A DNA stretch of 62,644 bases, the filler included, from Piedraia hortae CBS 480.64 (taxonomy: Eukaryota), in assembly GCA_010093745.1 (NCBI GenBank). It is 5 parts of 5 records of this genome, joined end to end, with 100 filler letters (N's around TTAATTAATTAA, not from the genome) between each part and the next. Parts side by side here need not be neighbours in the genome. Positions count along the whole stretch, not along the records: positions 1 to 17,339 come from MU006067.1; 4 more parts are not named here. The stretch is one strand, 5' to 3'. Positions 1-11,205 of this stretch are shown piece after piece. Made by a program: the position numbers and the translations under genes. Numbering within the stretch: position 1 is the stretch's first letter; every line of letters starts with the position of its first letter. The notes under the pieces were generated by a model. That model was given only the letters and a program-made list of their open reading frames with translations. It did no database searches and had not been told where the DNA came from.

Positions 1-95
1 CATACAAATCTCTACGGAAAACTAGTTGACGCGTGAAGTCGAGAGCCGAGCGACGGTTACTAATAATGCGCGTAATATACCGCATATTCACAACA
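1..95 (-). mobile_element. Partial LTR, family A (126-bp unit), at contig start
   Basis: Reverse complement matches the TSD-flanked copy at 15409-15534; ends in the terminal ...TTCACAACA. Strand is relative to the 15409 copy. Confidence 0.9.
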
Positions 96-806
96 ACCCC
101 CCTGCTATGAAACCGCCATCTCCCAAGGGTGTCCACCACGCTACTACCAAGTCCTCCTCGAGGACATGGAGAGTCGCCACGCGCGAGTCGCGAATCAGGA
201 ACAGACCCTCGAGGCTGCTATGGAGCGCATGATGGCGCAGTTTAATGCTAACCGCGCGGGCGCGGGTGTAAGCACTGCTCCTACTGGTCATGGTGCGGGT
301 AGGGTCGAAGAGATAAGAAGGCCTGATACTAGTAAGGAAAATGTGATTACCGCTCCGCAGCCATCTGTCCTTCCGCTGAGGCGGTATAGAGGTGCGGTGG
401 CGTTTTTGAGCGGTGGGTTTGAGTTGGTTGCTAGACGGGGTGGTTGTTAGAAGTGGTATATAGATTTCAACTGGGTTGATTTTAATGTTCTCTTCCATGT
501 TCCTTTTGCCATGTTGTGGTGAGGGTGGGGTGTTTTTCCAAAGTTTGGTAATTAGTTTTGGTTCTTGTTTCTTGCCTCGAGTTTTGTCATTTCCACCTTT
601 CTGCGTAAACGAAGTTCCCTCAATTGTATCGCAAATAAACGCCTCCAGTAACGGAATCATCGAGTTCCAGTAAAAAACCCACTCCTCCCAGCTCTTTCCC
701 ATTACCCGAAAACATTGAAAATTCGCCTCAATAAAATTCCACCTACCCCTCAGAAACTCGTTTAATCACCGCCTCAAACTCCCCGGCACAAATAAATTTC
801 TCCTTT

Positions 807-2195
807 TCAACTCCTCTCTCTCCTCTTCCATCTCCTCTTCCCCCACATCAAATCCAAAAACCTCTTCACCCTTCCAGTCCCGTGGCCCCCTTTCTTCCTC
901 GGCAGAACATGCGAACAAACCTTCGACGCCAATCTGAAGTGTTTCCCGCCCCCTCTCTCTCCATTGAACCGCCCTTGGTTGGCGTGACTTTCCCGATGAA
1001 AGTTTGGATCCGGCGTAGGCAACGGTAGAGGTGTTGCAGCCGAAACGTACGTTTCCCTAGTATGTGCGGTGGTGGGAGGGCTTAGGGGGCCGGATTTTCT
1101 TTTCGCTGGGGGGGATGCTTGTCTACTCCCCCGGGGGGCGGCTTGCTTTGCTTCCCTACCATCCGGTAAAGCAGCTTGTCTTGCTTCCCTACACCCTAGT
1201 GGAGCCGTGTGCGGACCTGCGAAGGAATCCTCCCCACTGAATAGCGGCAAAGGCGAGAGGGCTTTATTCTCCGCATTGGGTGAAACTTCCCTATCCGCGA
1301 AGGGAGGTAGTAGCGACAAAGCCTCTCTCCCTCCCCAACCCGTCAAAGACGCACCACCCCTCCCCCTCCCCTCCCGCGCATAAATCGGCAGAAGCGGACT
1401 CATCGGCATCTGCACCTCTGGCGTTGACTGTTGCGAGAACGGAAACCCCTCCTCCTCCTCTTCCTCTCGACCCATCCACCCCGACGAAAACCTCTGCAAA
1501 TTCCAACTGAGCGTCCTTTCATCCGAAATGGGGGAGGAATCTGATGGTGACCATTTCGATACCAAGTCACTTTCGCTCAGGAGGTTGATCGCCGTGCGGG
1601 GAGGGAACGAGGGGGTTAGGCCGAGTGTCGATGAGGATGCGGTTGAACTTGGGTAGTCTGCTTCGGAGGATTTGCTGGGTGGGGAGGAGGGGTTTCGGAG
1701 GGAGGTAAGTATGTTTGAGGATGATTCTGGTTCGGGTGCGGGCAAGGTGCGTTGAGGATCAGGGAGGTTGATTGATGATGTGAGTGATTCGTGCTGGATT
1801 TTTGACTTTTTGGAAGACTTTATTCGTGAAAGTGGTTGATACGTTTGCGGTTGTAAGATGGGAAGGGGAGGGACATTTCGAAATGTCTCGGGGAGTTTGC
1901 TGGAGGGGTTGTGGCTATATGTGCTTGATGAGTGATGGCCTAGTGAAGGTCGTTTGAGGGGGGGACCAGAGGATGATTCAGGAAAGGTATCGTCTGCTTT
2001 GATGCTGAGGACGGATGTAGGTGCGAGAAGGGCGTTGGATCCAGCTACTGGTTTGAAGTGGTTGCCGGAGTAATTTTGCTTTGGTCGGCTCACGAACTTT
2101 CGAGTCGTGGGCTGGCTGTTGACATACATCTCTCCGTAAGGATGTTTTTCGGGATTCAGATGTGGTAATAGTCGACAGTGTACGAAAGCGTGCAA
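807..2195 (-). CDS. Ser/Pro-rich hypothetical fungal protein (real start possibly the ATG of MYVNSQ near 2129)
   Basis: 462-codon open frame, low complexity; no recognisable domain. Confidence 0.55.
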   Translation of the reverse strand: MHAFVHCRLLPHLNPEKHPYGEMYVNSQPTTRKFVSRPKQNYSGNHFKPVAGSNALLAPTSVLSIKADDTFPESSSGPPLKRPSLGHHSSSTYSHNPSSKLPETFRNVPPLPILQPQTYQPLSRIKSSKKSKIQHESLTSSINLPDPQRTLPAPEPESSSNILTSLRNPSSPPSKSSEADYPSSTASSSTLGLTPSFPPRTAINLLSESDLVSKWSPSDSSPISDERTLSWNLQRFSSGWMGREEEEEEGFPFSQQSTPEVQMPMSPLLPIYAREGRGRGGASLTGWGGREALSLLPPFADREVSPNAENKALSPLPLFSGEDSFAGPHTAPLGCREARQAALPDGREAKQAAPRGSRQASPPAKRKSGPLSPPTTAHTRETYVSAATPLPLPTPDPNFHRESHANQGRFNGERGGGKHFRLASKVCSHVLPRKKGGHGTGRVKRFLDLMWGKRRWKRRERS

Positions 2196-2444
2196 GGAAC
2201 AAAGAAATTTCAGTGACTGAACAATGGGCCATGAAAATGCGGTAGAAGAACAAAGAAATTAAGGCTGTCTCTTGACCTCGGAAATATGTAACAGCACCGA
2301 GGCCACTAACAAAAAACCCATGGCCCAGGTTTTGTTCCCAGCGCCGATGAAACCACGAAAGAAACAATGCCATCTTTATCTCTCGCTCGACTGCTTTTCA
2401 GTCATACTCCCATAGCACTCTATCCCGAGTAATCCTTCTAGAAA

Positions 2445-2783
2445 ATGTCAAAAGCACACTCGCCTGTCGAAACAGGCACGGCAAAGCAGGTGGGCATGCA
2501 GCGAGTGACTGCAAAAGCCATAAATGCAGGACCATCAAAGGCAAGCTCTGGTCAAGGGTTCGAGCAGACTGCACAAGCGGTTTTAATGCAACGAGTTGAA
2601 AGAAAGAATCTCTTCGAACCTACAGCCGTACGGGAAATCGAGATCTCTTCACCAGCAATAGAAAAGATCAAAGAAGAGATGAAGAAGGAGAAAGCAAGAA
2701 TATATATGGGAGAGACAGAAGTACCAGTCAAGGAGCATAATAGAAAGGCGAGGTTTGTACACTTGGGTGACGGTGGGAAGTGA
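2445..2783 (+). CDS. Small hypothetical protein (112 aa)
   Basis: ATG in AAAATGTC context, charged helical composition; divergent from the 807-2195 ORF. Confidence 0.4.
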   Translation: MSKAHSPVETGTAKQVGMQRVTAKAINAGPSKASSGQGFEQTAQAVLMQRVERKNLFEPTAVREIEISSPAIEKIKEEMKKEKARIYMGETEVPVKEHNRKARFVHLGDGGK

Positions 2784-3103
2784 GAATGATGTTAGACGTG
2801 CTTTCTGTGCAATTTGATTTCCATGAAGTTGGTGGGAGTTCATTTACACGACAGAAAACTAGATCTCCAATTTGAAAAGTTTATTTGGTGTGAGTTTCTC
2901 GTTCCGTATATCTTTTCATTTCTAATAGGAACGAAGCTAGAGACAAAAATTTCCCCAGGAATTTTACGTCCCAAGAGGAAGCTTCCAATGGGATATGTTA
3001 CTGTACCATTCATGCTGGAACGCCCGCTCGATGACATGGTCTCAATGGATGGGGTTAAGATAGACCGAGCTAGCACACCGCTCAGACCAATTAGCTTCAC
3101 GCC

Positions 3104-3145
3104 CGCACACGCACGCCCGCACGCACACACACACACACACACACA
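3104..3145. repeat. Imperfect (CA)n microsatellite
   Basis: cgcacacgcacgcccgcacgcacacacacacacacacacacaca-type tract. Confidence 0.85.
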
Positions 3146-3347
3146 AGTATGTTCGTATGACAAAATACACCTCTTGGCAGGTCACACCGCTAAGGTCCCA
3201 ACATCTAGACCGCCGAAGCGACAGGGACGTATTTAACATTACATACGCCATCATCCCCACGACGATCTGTCTACCCGCTCAAATCCCACAATCATATTAC
3301 ATTCCATTCCATAAATCATACACATCCATAATACCATGAAGCAAACA

Positions 3348-5654
3348 TCAACGCTTGACACTCCTTAACAAACTCGGAATCCGCTGCCTTCTGCTTAGTC
3401 CGACTCTATACGGAACTTTGGTGAGATGCTTTAGTGCCGAGTGAGGCGACTTTTTGGTGTCAACCGTTGGGAGAGTTAATTCAGTGTTGACGTCAGTGGT
3501 GTCTTGCTGCACATTGGAAGGTGTCTCTGGCACCACTGGGGGAGGAGGGTCGACATTTCCGGTGGTTGGGGAGGTGTTCGCCAGAGGCGGGTTGGCTGAA
3601 GGCGTGCTGACGGGAGGCGTGCTGATTGGAGGCACGCTGACAGAGCCGTTCTCGGGCGTGTTCACCGCAGCCTTCGCAGGAGACGTATCGGCATTCAACG
3701 ATGTTGCAGGACAGCTGTCTTGCGACGAAGGAATCTCCTTTGCAGACGGAGCCGTCTCCTGCGAAGAGCGGATCTCGGCCAAGACTTCCCTCTTCAAAAA
3801 TTCGGCGGCTTGTTTCTGCCGTTCGGCCTGCTGCTGTCTCAGCGATGGAGTCTTGGGTGGCGGTGAACAAAATTCAACGTGGTCTTCGAATATAGTCGTG
3901 CGACATCGCGATGCGGCTGGTATTGCTTGGGGCTTGCGTCGTTTTGCCGGCACTGCATCGTAGCCCTCATCCGGTAGGGAGGGTTTGTCCTTTTTTGTTG
4001 CCGTGGATCGCTTCCGCTTGGGTGGACTGTCCTGCTTCCGCCGGGAAGGTTTGCATGGTGGAGGTGGCATCATTTTATCACCGTTGGTAGGGGGAAAGAG
4101 GGCTGCACCTTCTTTGATTCGGGCTTGTTTACGTGCATGTTCGTCAGGGTGTGACGCTTTGCCTTGCTTGGTGCGAGGTTGTTTACGGCGGGGTTTGATA
4201 GCAGTTGGAGGGTGAGGCGTTTCGGCGATTTCAACAGCAGTTCTTCGTTTGGGTGGCTCAACGAGAGTTTCCATTTCTGGTAACGAGTCCAATGTAGATG
4301 GCTCCGCTATGAAAGGCCTGGGGGGTTCCTGAATCATGTCTGCCGAGCTCGTATCTGGAACATGATCTGTTGAACTTCCGTTTTGGATGTTTGCCGAGCT
4401 TGTGCTCGGAGGCCCGACTGTAGGAGGAATAGCTTGAGGACAAGGAGGCAGTGCTTGGACTGGCTGAGTCGTAGGACCAACAGTTGCAGGTACATGGACA
4501 TCACCCACCCCCTTCTCTCCATCTACTGAAGTCACGTTCTCGCCGTCAGTCGAATCAAACCCAACCGTGGGCGGAACAACTTGCGGCTGTGGAGGCGGCG
4601 TTGGGACCTCTTCAACCCTAGGTGTCTCCGTCGCTGGTACCTGCACATTGCTTTCAGACATAACAGTAGTGGGTGCCTCTGTCTCAGCCGGCGCTGGATG
4701 GCTGGCTGAGCTAAAGACGCCGACAGTCAGTTCTGCCAGCAGTTGGTTCTGGAGTTCCTCCGCTAGTCCAGGTGCAGATGAAATGGGATCTTGATTCCGC
4801 GAGGCAGGTGCCATAATTTCAGTAGCGGCATGTTCTGTCTCGACAGCTTCCATTGGGCTGGAGTCTTCTACCAAGCCATCTGGAAAAGGCAGAGCATTGT
4901 TCAACGAATCCTCAATCGTAGGTGCCTCCAAGTTCCCATTATCCTCTGTGCTCGAACGCTGAACTTCAGCAGTATTCTCGATGGTCGAGGCCTCCTGGGA
5001 CATATTCTCTCGCAGGATTTGAGCCCCGTTGACCGCACACCAACCCCCTATAGTACCATAACCCTGCTGATGAAATCCATTGGCGAAATGATGCTCATTC
5101 GACGAATTATGTTCCGTCGAAGACATGGGATTATCAAATACCAGGGTGTTGACCCTACCAACCGCAAATCCATATCCCTTAGTAGCGCCGGCGGTATTAT
5201 CAATCATGATATGCATATACGGCTCAGCGGCGCGTGGAATCTGCGTTTCCGGCTGATCCCACGACGGAAGAGGGTCGGTGATGACGGCTTGGGGGACATC
5301 GGCAGTGGCCTGGACCTGGACTTCTGAGCGCTCATCGACCCACCCGTTACGGTCCACAGTCACTTTCTCATCAGTCACCGTCTTTGCTCTCTTGAATCCC
5401 CTTTCTGGATCTCTGCCATCTCGCTGCGCTTCTTCTGAAAGCGCCCGTTTGGATGTCTGAACTATGGGAGGTGTGGAAGAGTTAAACAAATGCTTTTCAG
5501 CGCTGAGTATCTGCTGTTTAAGACGCTCAGTGGAAGATGTTGAGGACAAACGGTCTTCGCTGTGCTTGTTCCTTGGAGACTCATCTAGCATAAGATCTCT
5601 GTCATCGTCTTCACCTTCCGAGTCTGGTACGGCGCAAAGTAAGCGGCCCGGCAT
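3348..5654 (-). CDS. Large disordered, probably nuclear protein with C-terminal RVGLSRRQRIPSL motif
   Basis: 768-aa ORF with basic NLS-like clusters (PPKRKR, PAKRRK) and a conserved-looking basic C-terminal motif. Confidence 0.8.
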   Translation of the reverse strand: MPGRLLCAVPDSEGEDDDRDLMLDESPRNKHSEDRLSSTSSTERLKQQILSAEKHLFNSSTPPIVQTSKRALSEEAQRDGRDPERGFKRAKTVTDEKVTVDRNGWVDERSEVQVQATADVPQAVITDPLPSWDQPETQIPRAAEPYMHIMIDNTAGATKGYGFAVGRVNTLVFDNPMSSTEHNSSNEHHFANGFHQQGYGTIGGWCAVNGAQILRENMSQEASTIENTAEVQRSSTEDNGNLEAPTIEDSLNNALPFPDGLVEDSSPMEAVETEHAATEIMAPASRNQDPISSAPGLAEELQNQLLAELTVGVFSSASHPAPAETEAPTTVMSESNVQVPATETPRVEEVPTPPPQPQVVPPTVGFDSTDGENVTSVDGEKGVGDVHVPATVGPTTQPVQALPPCPQAIPPTVGPPSTSSANIQNGSSTDHVPDTSSADMIQEPPRPFIAEPSTLDSLPEMETLVEPPKRRTAVEIAETPHPPTAIKPRRKQPRTKQGKASHPDEHARKQARIKEGAALFPPTNGDKMMPPPPCKPSRRKQDSPPKRKRSTATKKDKPSLPDEGYDAVPAKRRKPQAIPAASRCRTTIFEDHVEFCSPPPKTPSLRQQQAERQKQAAEFLKREVLAEIRSSQETAPSAKEIPSSQDSCPATSLNADTSPAKAAVNTPENGSVSVPPISTPPVSTPSANPPLANTSPTTGNVDPPPPVVPETPSNVQQDTTDVNTELTLPTVDTKKSPHSALKHLTKVPYRVGLSRRQRIPSLLRSVKR

Positions 5655-5957
5655 GGGTGCAGCCGTGAACGATAAGGTGTGCGGTGGAAGACCGACGCGT
5701 CGTCAACGCGTTCGAAATTGACGTCACCGACGCAATTATATGCGGAACGGGCCGACTACAACGACACAAGATCACGAGGAATTCTTGGCACAGACAGGCA
5801 GAATGGAAGCAGGTGATGCGGCAGGATAGCATAGGACGTAGGATAAGACAACACCGAACGTACAATACACCATTAGCCATTACAACTCTTAGTACCGAGA
5901 CATCCCGCCCTTGAGAACCGATGGTATCATAAAGAAGCCAAATCAAACTCCAACTGC

Positions 5958-8595
5958 CTAGTAATACGGCTTATACTCGTAGACTGGAGGCTTGTCGTCC
6001 TGTGCATCCCAGACGAGCTTGTTCTTGTCCGACAGGTAGGCACCCTCATCGGTGATGGGGATGACCTGCTGAGTGCTCCGGATTTCGTGCTGGCTCATGC
6101 CCACTGGGTCACGGGGGATCCACAGGAGCGGCGTCTTGCTCGAGATGGCCGGGTCGCAGTAGGCAAGCTCCTCGTCTTCTTGGGAGTATTGCAAGGGGTC
6201 CTCTTGCGGTACCAGCTGGCGCAGATGGGCATAGTCGTCATGCACATGGGGCTTGAAGAACTTCTGAATCAATCCAGGCTTCTTTCCAGTGGTAGCGAGG
6301 CCACTTTCCTTGTTCATCATGGCCTTGTCGCTGTTCTGCTGCTCGAGGTTGAACATGCGGCGCTCTTCGGCATTGATCGACTTGGGGAGATACTCCAAAA
6401 GAGGACGCAAGGCTCGATTGAGACTGATGTGGTACAGGACGGTAAAGATCAAGAAGATGATCATGAGAACGAGAGGTCCAACGGCACCTGGGCCAGAGCC
6501 GCTGGCAATGGCAAACAGGCCAATGAGACAGACTTCAGCCAGATAGAGGCCAACAAAGAGGTGCTGCAGCGCGCGGGGGTAGGGGCGACCCTTGCAATCA
6601 ATGTCTGTGTTTGACACATACATGATGCTGTAGCGGAAGTAGATGTAGAAGAGGAAGAGGCCGATGCATGCGAAGCCGAGGACAAGAGGAGCGACGCCGG
6701 CATAACAGATGGCAATGACGAACAAGTTGGTGTAGACGGGGTACATGGAGCCCCAGCCAAGACCGGCGAGGGAGATCCACCTCGTGTACATCTTGCGCGG
6801 GGTGTTGTCGAGGATTCTGCCAAGAACGAAGAAGACGACGAGGCCCACAACGGCTGCCAATCCGCTCGTCGCCGCACCGATACCCTGCAGCACGAAGTAC
6901 GAGAGATAGAAGTTGCTGGCACGGGGCAGGTTGTTGGAGAGGAGGTTGATGGCAGACGAGGGATTTTTGGCAATTTGAGCGCCGACAGAAGACGCAGCAG
7001 AGCCGATGGTGGCCACCAAGAACACCTGAATGACCTGGAAGGCAAAAAAGCTGTTCTGCGTCCAGAGCTCGATGGCCGGCTTGGTCGGAGCACCACCCAG
7101 TTTGGCAGCGAAACGGCAGATGATTGGCACGAGCGACATCAGGATGCTGAGCAGAACAACAGGCAAAAGACCGGTTACGACACCCATGATGGCTTTCGGC
7201 ATTGGGTCAAAGATGTAGTGCAGCCAGTGAAATGCCTTGGAGTTTTCGAGATTGTCAATGTTGCTGATGGAACCAACGGCCGCCACGGGGATCGCCCAGA
7301 AGATGATGAGAGCGCAGATGAAGGCCGTTGTCGCGATCTTGCGGAGGATAAGCTGCCACCACTTGATACGCAGATTGGGCCAGATAACCTCTTCGGGGAG
7401 GACACCGGCGTAACGGGGGGCCATGTGCAGCGGCTGGTGATGGGCAAGAGACTGATAGGCCTCTTGGGCGTCAATCATGGTCGTAAACTCGACAAAGACC
7501 GCATTGAGGCGCTTGCCCTGGCCGTTGATTTCGGCCGCCTGCATCTGGTTGACTTCGGGAATCAGTCTCTGCAACTCGGAACGGCACCATTCAATCGTGT
7601 CGACCTTCTTGCCGATGAGGGGCTTGAGACGGTGTGTGGGACGTTTCTTCTGCGTTAGGAAGCGCATGGCAGTGGATCCATCACCGACGGCCGCTTCATC
7701 ACTGCCGGGAGAGGCCTTGCTGCCCTTGAGACGGTTGGCGTTGGCAGTCTTGATGAGCTTAGTCTCAGCGCCTTCCAGTCGCATAGCTGCCTTGTCGCGC
7801 TCCTTGACCAGTTCCTCAAGCTTCTTCGTATCGGTTACAAACCACATGCGCCGAACGCTGCTGCCGAGCATGGCGCGCAGCTTAGTCTCATCCATATACT
7901 CGGCTGGCACCGACGTGAACAGTACGGTGCGCGACGAGATGCGGCTGGCGGAAAACGGCGACATAAGGTACGCCTGACGCAGGTTGATGTAGTAGATGCT
8001 CTCGCGCGTAATTGCGTATAGGACGACGCTGAAGAAGATGATGGCACAGCCGGCGTGGGCCCAATAGCGCCACGTATTTTTCACATTGGCCATTGTTAGA
8101 ATGTCCAGTTGCTTCTTACCGGCGCCGCCCGTCGCGTTGACAGGGAACAGGACGGGCCAGGTGATGAGACAGCCGACGAAGCTGAGGATGACCGTCAAGC
8201 GCAGAAAGCGCAGGAAGAGGTAGGCATCCAGGGAGTGATGCTGCAAGACATAGTAGTCGCTGAGTCCGCGAAACTGCGAGATCCAGCCAAAGAGCGAGTC
8301 AGAGAGCTTCGGCGACCGCTGTTCCGGCCGCAGGCTGTCGACAAACGTGCGCGGTTCGTAGTTACGTTTGAATTTGCGTCGCAAGATTAGAAAGGCCAAA
8401 GTCCAAACCAAGCCGACCGCTAGCACCGGCACCAGCGTCGAAACCAGCGAAGAGGCTGAGCTGGAGGTACTCTGGGGACTGTCGCTTTGGCTCTGCGCGC
8501 GTCAGTCGGGCCAACAATTGGTCAAACACGTCAAAACTTACAGAGTCCCGCTTGAGAACGCTCGCCGCAGCAAACTCCAGAGTCGGAGAAGCCAT
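5958..8595 (-). CDS. CSC1/OSCA (TMEM63, DUF221/RSN1-PHM7 family) calcium-permeable stress-gated channel; exon 1 8542-8595, intron 8493-8541, exon 2 5958-8492
   Basis: Motifs LDAYLFLRFL, ISSRTVLF, KVDTIEW, PEEVIWPNL, FAFQVIQVFLV; many TM helices; GTAAGT...CTGAC...CAG intron joins exons in frame. Confidence 0.93.
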
Positions 8596-9011
8596 GGCCT
8601 CAGGAAAGTGAGGAGGTGCGCGCGTGTTGAAGGAAGATGTTTTTCTTAGGTTTGAAGGGGAGCAGCGGAATTTGGGGCCGGATGGGGATGACGCTTGGGC
8701 CCACGCTACGTCGGTCGAGCAACAGCCGGATCCCTGTCACTCATCAAACGTAACCGCGCTAAACCTTAAGTGACGATCCCGTTTCGGGAATCTCACACGC
8801 TCGGAATGCAGCGACGCTAGCAGAGACGCTCTACGCGCTGACTCGTCCTCAACCGCCGTGACAAGCGGTTAGAATGCTCTGATTCTGTTGCACTGTCTGT
8901 CTTGCCGCGCGTCTTCGTTCGGCAAATGAGACGTCGCGGGCAGATTGGCAAACTCAATCACTTGCATCTTCACGGGAAACTGGGCTATCAGCCGCCACCC
9001 TCATTTGAATC

Positions 9012-11051
9012 TTAAGGACCCGTGGCGGTGGTGGCGGTGCATGCGGAAGATGATGTCATCGCTCCAACGCTGTGGCGCAGCACGCGCTTGCCCACGACGT
9101 CCACCAGCCTCTGCATGCACTCAGCCACAGGCAGGGCAAATGCGGCCAAGCCAGGCCGCGGTTGGTCTTTGAGCCTGGCCAAAGCATATTGCGCGGCCCA
9201 ACTGTTGAGTCCTCCCGCGCGCAAAAAGCGTTCCCACATCGTCTCTTCTGGTAGCAGCGTAACCCCCAGATCTGCTGTTGAGTGTAGAAGAATATATGTA
9301 GCCATCCAATTGACCGGTTCGCTGGCGACATGTGTCACCTGTACCGCGGCGTCGAGTATCGCCGTGTAGCCGAGAAAGTCGCCCCATGCCATGCAGTCGT
9401 GCTCATCCATGCTTGAGCTGCCCTCCACTAGAATAACCAATTTTTCATACCGCAGCGCGATTGCTGCAATTCGTTCCCTGATGCTGACTTGACGTGCAGC
9501 CTGGCCCGGGAGTGATCTTTGCTTTATCTTGGCCAGTGTTGTCATTATCAGTCCTGTGCTGGGTGAGATTGTGATATCTGCATCGATGATTGAATCCCGT
9601 TCAATTACGTCTAGTCCTGGTAAGAGTGTCTTCAGCTGTCGCATCGTTGACCGTTGAGCGGCTATGCTCGTGGAAACCACGATCTGCATATCCCGGGAAG
9701 CATTGGCCAATGCTGGTGTGGGAAACGGAGTGATATCCGTCTCTGGCCGAGGAAGAGCTGGGATTGGTGCGGCCTTTTTTACCGGCTTAGACTGCCTCTC
9801 CGGAGTCTTCTCGACAATGCCTCGTATCTTGATAAAATTCGAAAGACCTTGGTCTAATAGGGAAGAAGAGTCTGTACGAGGCTTCTTTGGCGGTTGGGTC
9901 TGACTGAACTGCATCTTTCGTTTTTGCAGTAACTGATGCATTCTATCCGGCTGTTCGCTTCCAACCACGGTTTTAACATCCTCCACATCCTCTTCCGTCA
10001 GACAGGGATTGGGCAGCGAATCCAATCCAACCTCCCCGAAAGACTCAATGCGGCTCAGAAACTCTTCATCGTAATTCAGCACTTCTGTAGGACGAACAAA
10101 AGCCAGTCGCAACGGAAACGGTGCCCAGGACAGGTTGTTCTCTAGGTGAGCAATCCCACGCCATCTTCTGAGGACAATCTCCCAGCCAGGGTCTTCATCG
10201 TCCTCGATATGTGGCAGCTCCAGTCTCTCCCGGTTCAACTCCAACCGTGGAACATCGCCATTCACACCCTTAGCCCCTCCCTCATCTAACAGATCCTCCC
10301 CAAGCATCTGCTCATCCTCGCCCTCTGAGCAGCAGGTATTCGACAACTGCACCTGCAAGTCTCCAACCGAGGAAAGCGGCAGAACAACCTCATCCACATG
10401 ACATTGTAAACTTGGTCCTTCTCCATCCCCCATCCGCATCTCAGTCTCCCTAACCAACAGCAGAGGATCCATACTCACCTCATTCCCAACCAAATCCTCA
10501 TCAATCAACAATTCACCCTCCTCATCCTCCGCCTCCGTGAACTCCCCAACGTCCCCAAGAGAAATACCCACCAACCCCTCCCCCTCAAAGGGCAAAACGG
10601 GAGAACCCAACCTCTCCCTCCCCTGCACTCGCACAAACCCCTCGTCGTCAGGTGGACCACGTCCCAACCGCACCACACGAGCGAGTTCTTCCCGCACAGG
10701 TGCACTTACAACGAGTTTTTCAGTTACATCGACCTCCGCCGTGAAATCCCGTTCATCAGGTTCATCGCCCCATTTCAATATGTGAGGCTGGACCACCCCG
10801 CTCTCAGTAGAGTAATCCGCAGGAAAGAGGTATTCATCAAGCCTTTCTCTTGAGGGTAGTAGCTCCGTCTCAGCGGCAGTGGGGTGAGTGAGACGGAAGA
10901 GAAAAGCTGCTTCAGCGCGGGAGAGGGAGAACTTTTCGGCGATGGGCGGTTCACGGTGTGGATCGAGCTCGAGGCTGAGCTCGGGGAGGAAGGGGGTGAG
11001 CGGTTCGACGACTTCCGTGCGGATAGATGGGAGGGAGAGATATCCCTCCAT
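9012..11051 (-). CDS. Conserved fungal protein with C-terminal nuclease-like alpha/beta domain (possibly Zip2/SHOC1-like XPF fold); 5' end uncertain
   Basis: 679-aa ORF; C-terminal region VIERD..ADITISPSTGLIMTTL..RYEKLVILVE resembles the inactive ERCC4/XPF pattern. Function is inferred. Confidence 0.6.
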   Translation of the reverse strand: MEGYLSLPSIRTEVVEPLTPFLPELSLELDPHREPPIAEKFSLSRAEAAFLFRLTHPTAAETELLPSRERLDEYLFPADYSTESGVVQPHILKWGDEPDERDFTAEVDVTEKLVVSAPVREELARVVRLGRGPPDDEGFVRVQGRERLGSPVLPFEGEGLVGISLGDVGEFTEAEDEEGELLIDEDLVGNEVSMDPLLLVRETEMRMGDGEGPSLQCHVDEVVLPLSSVGDLQVQLSNTCCSEGEDEQMLGEDLLDEGGAKGVNGDVPRLELNRERLELPHIEDDEDPGWEIVLRRWRGIAHLENNLSWAPFPLRLAFVRPTEVLNYDEEFLSRIESFGEVGLDSLPNPCLTEEDVEDVKTVVGSEQPDRMHQLLQKRKMQFSQTQPPKKPRTDSSSLLDQGLSNFIKIRGIVEKTPERQSKPVKKAAPIPALPRPETDITPFPTPALANASRDMQIVVSTSIAAQRSTMRQLKTLLPGLDVIERDSIIDADITISPSTGLIMTTLAKIKQRSLPGQAARQVSIRERIAAIALRYEKLVILVEGSSSMDEHDCMAWGDFLGYTAILDAAVQVTHVASEPVNWMATYILLHSTADLGVTLLPEETMWERFLRAGGLNSWAAQYALARLKDQPRPGLAAFALPVAECMQRLVDVVGKRVLRHSVGAMTSSSACTATTATGP

Positions 11052-11205
11052 AGAAACTTAGGGATGGGTTTTGGCATCAACCTACCTAGTGAGGGGCGCA
11101 GCATCCACACCACTTGATGCAAAGACGTAGTCCCAACTACATAGGAGCAGTAGTTTCACACCATCTGCCTCCACGCCAGCAACCCCCCCTTCCTCCTTTC
11201 CAACA

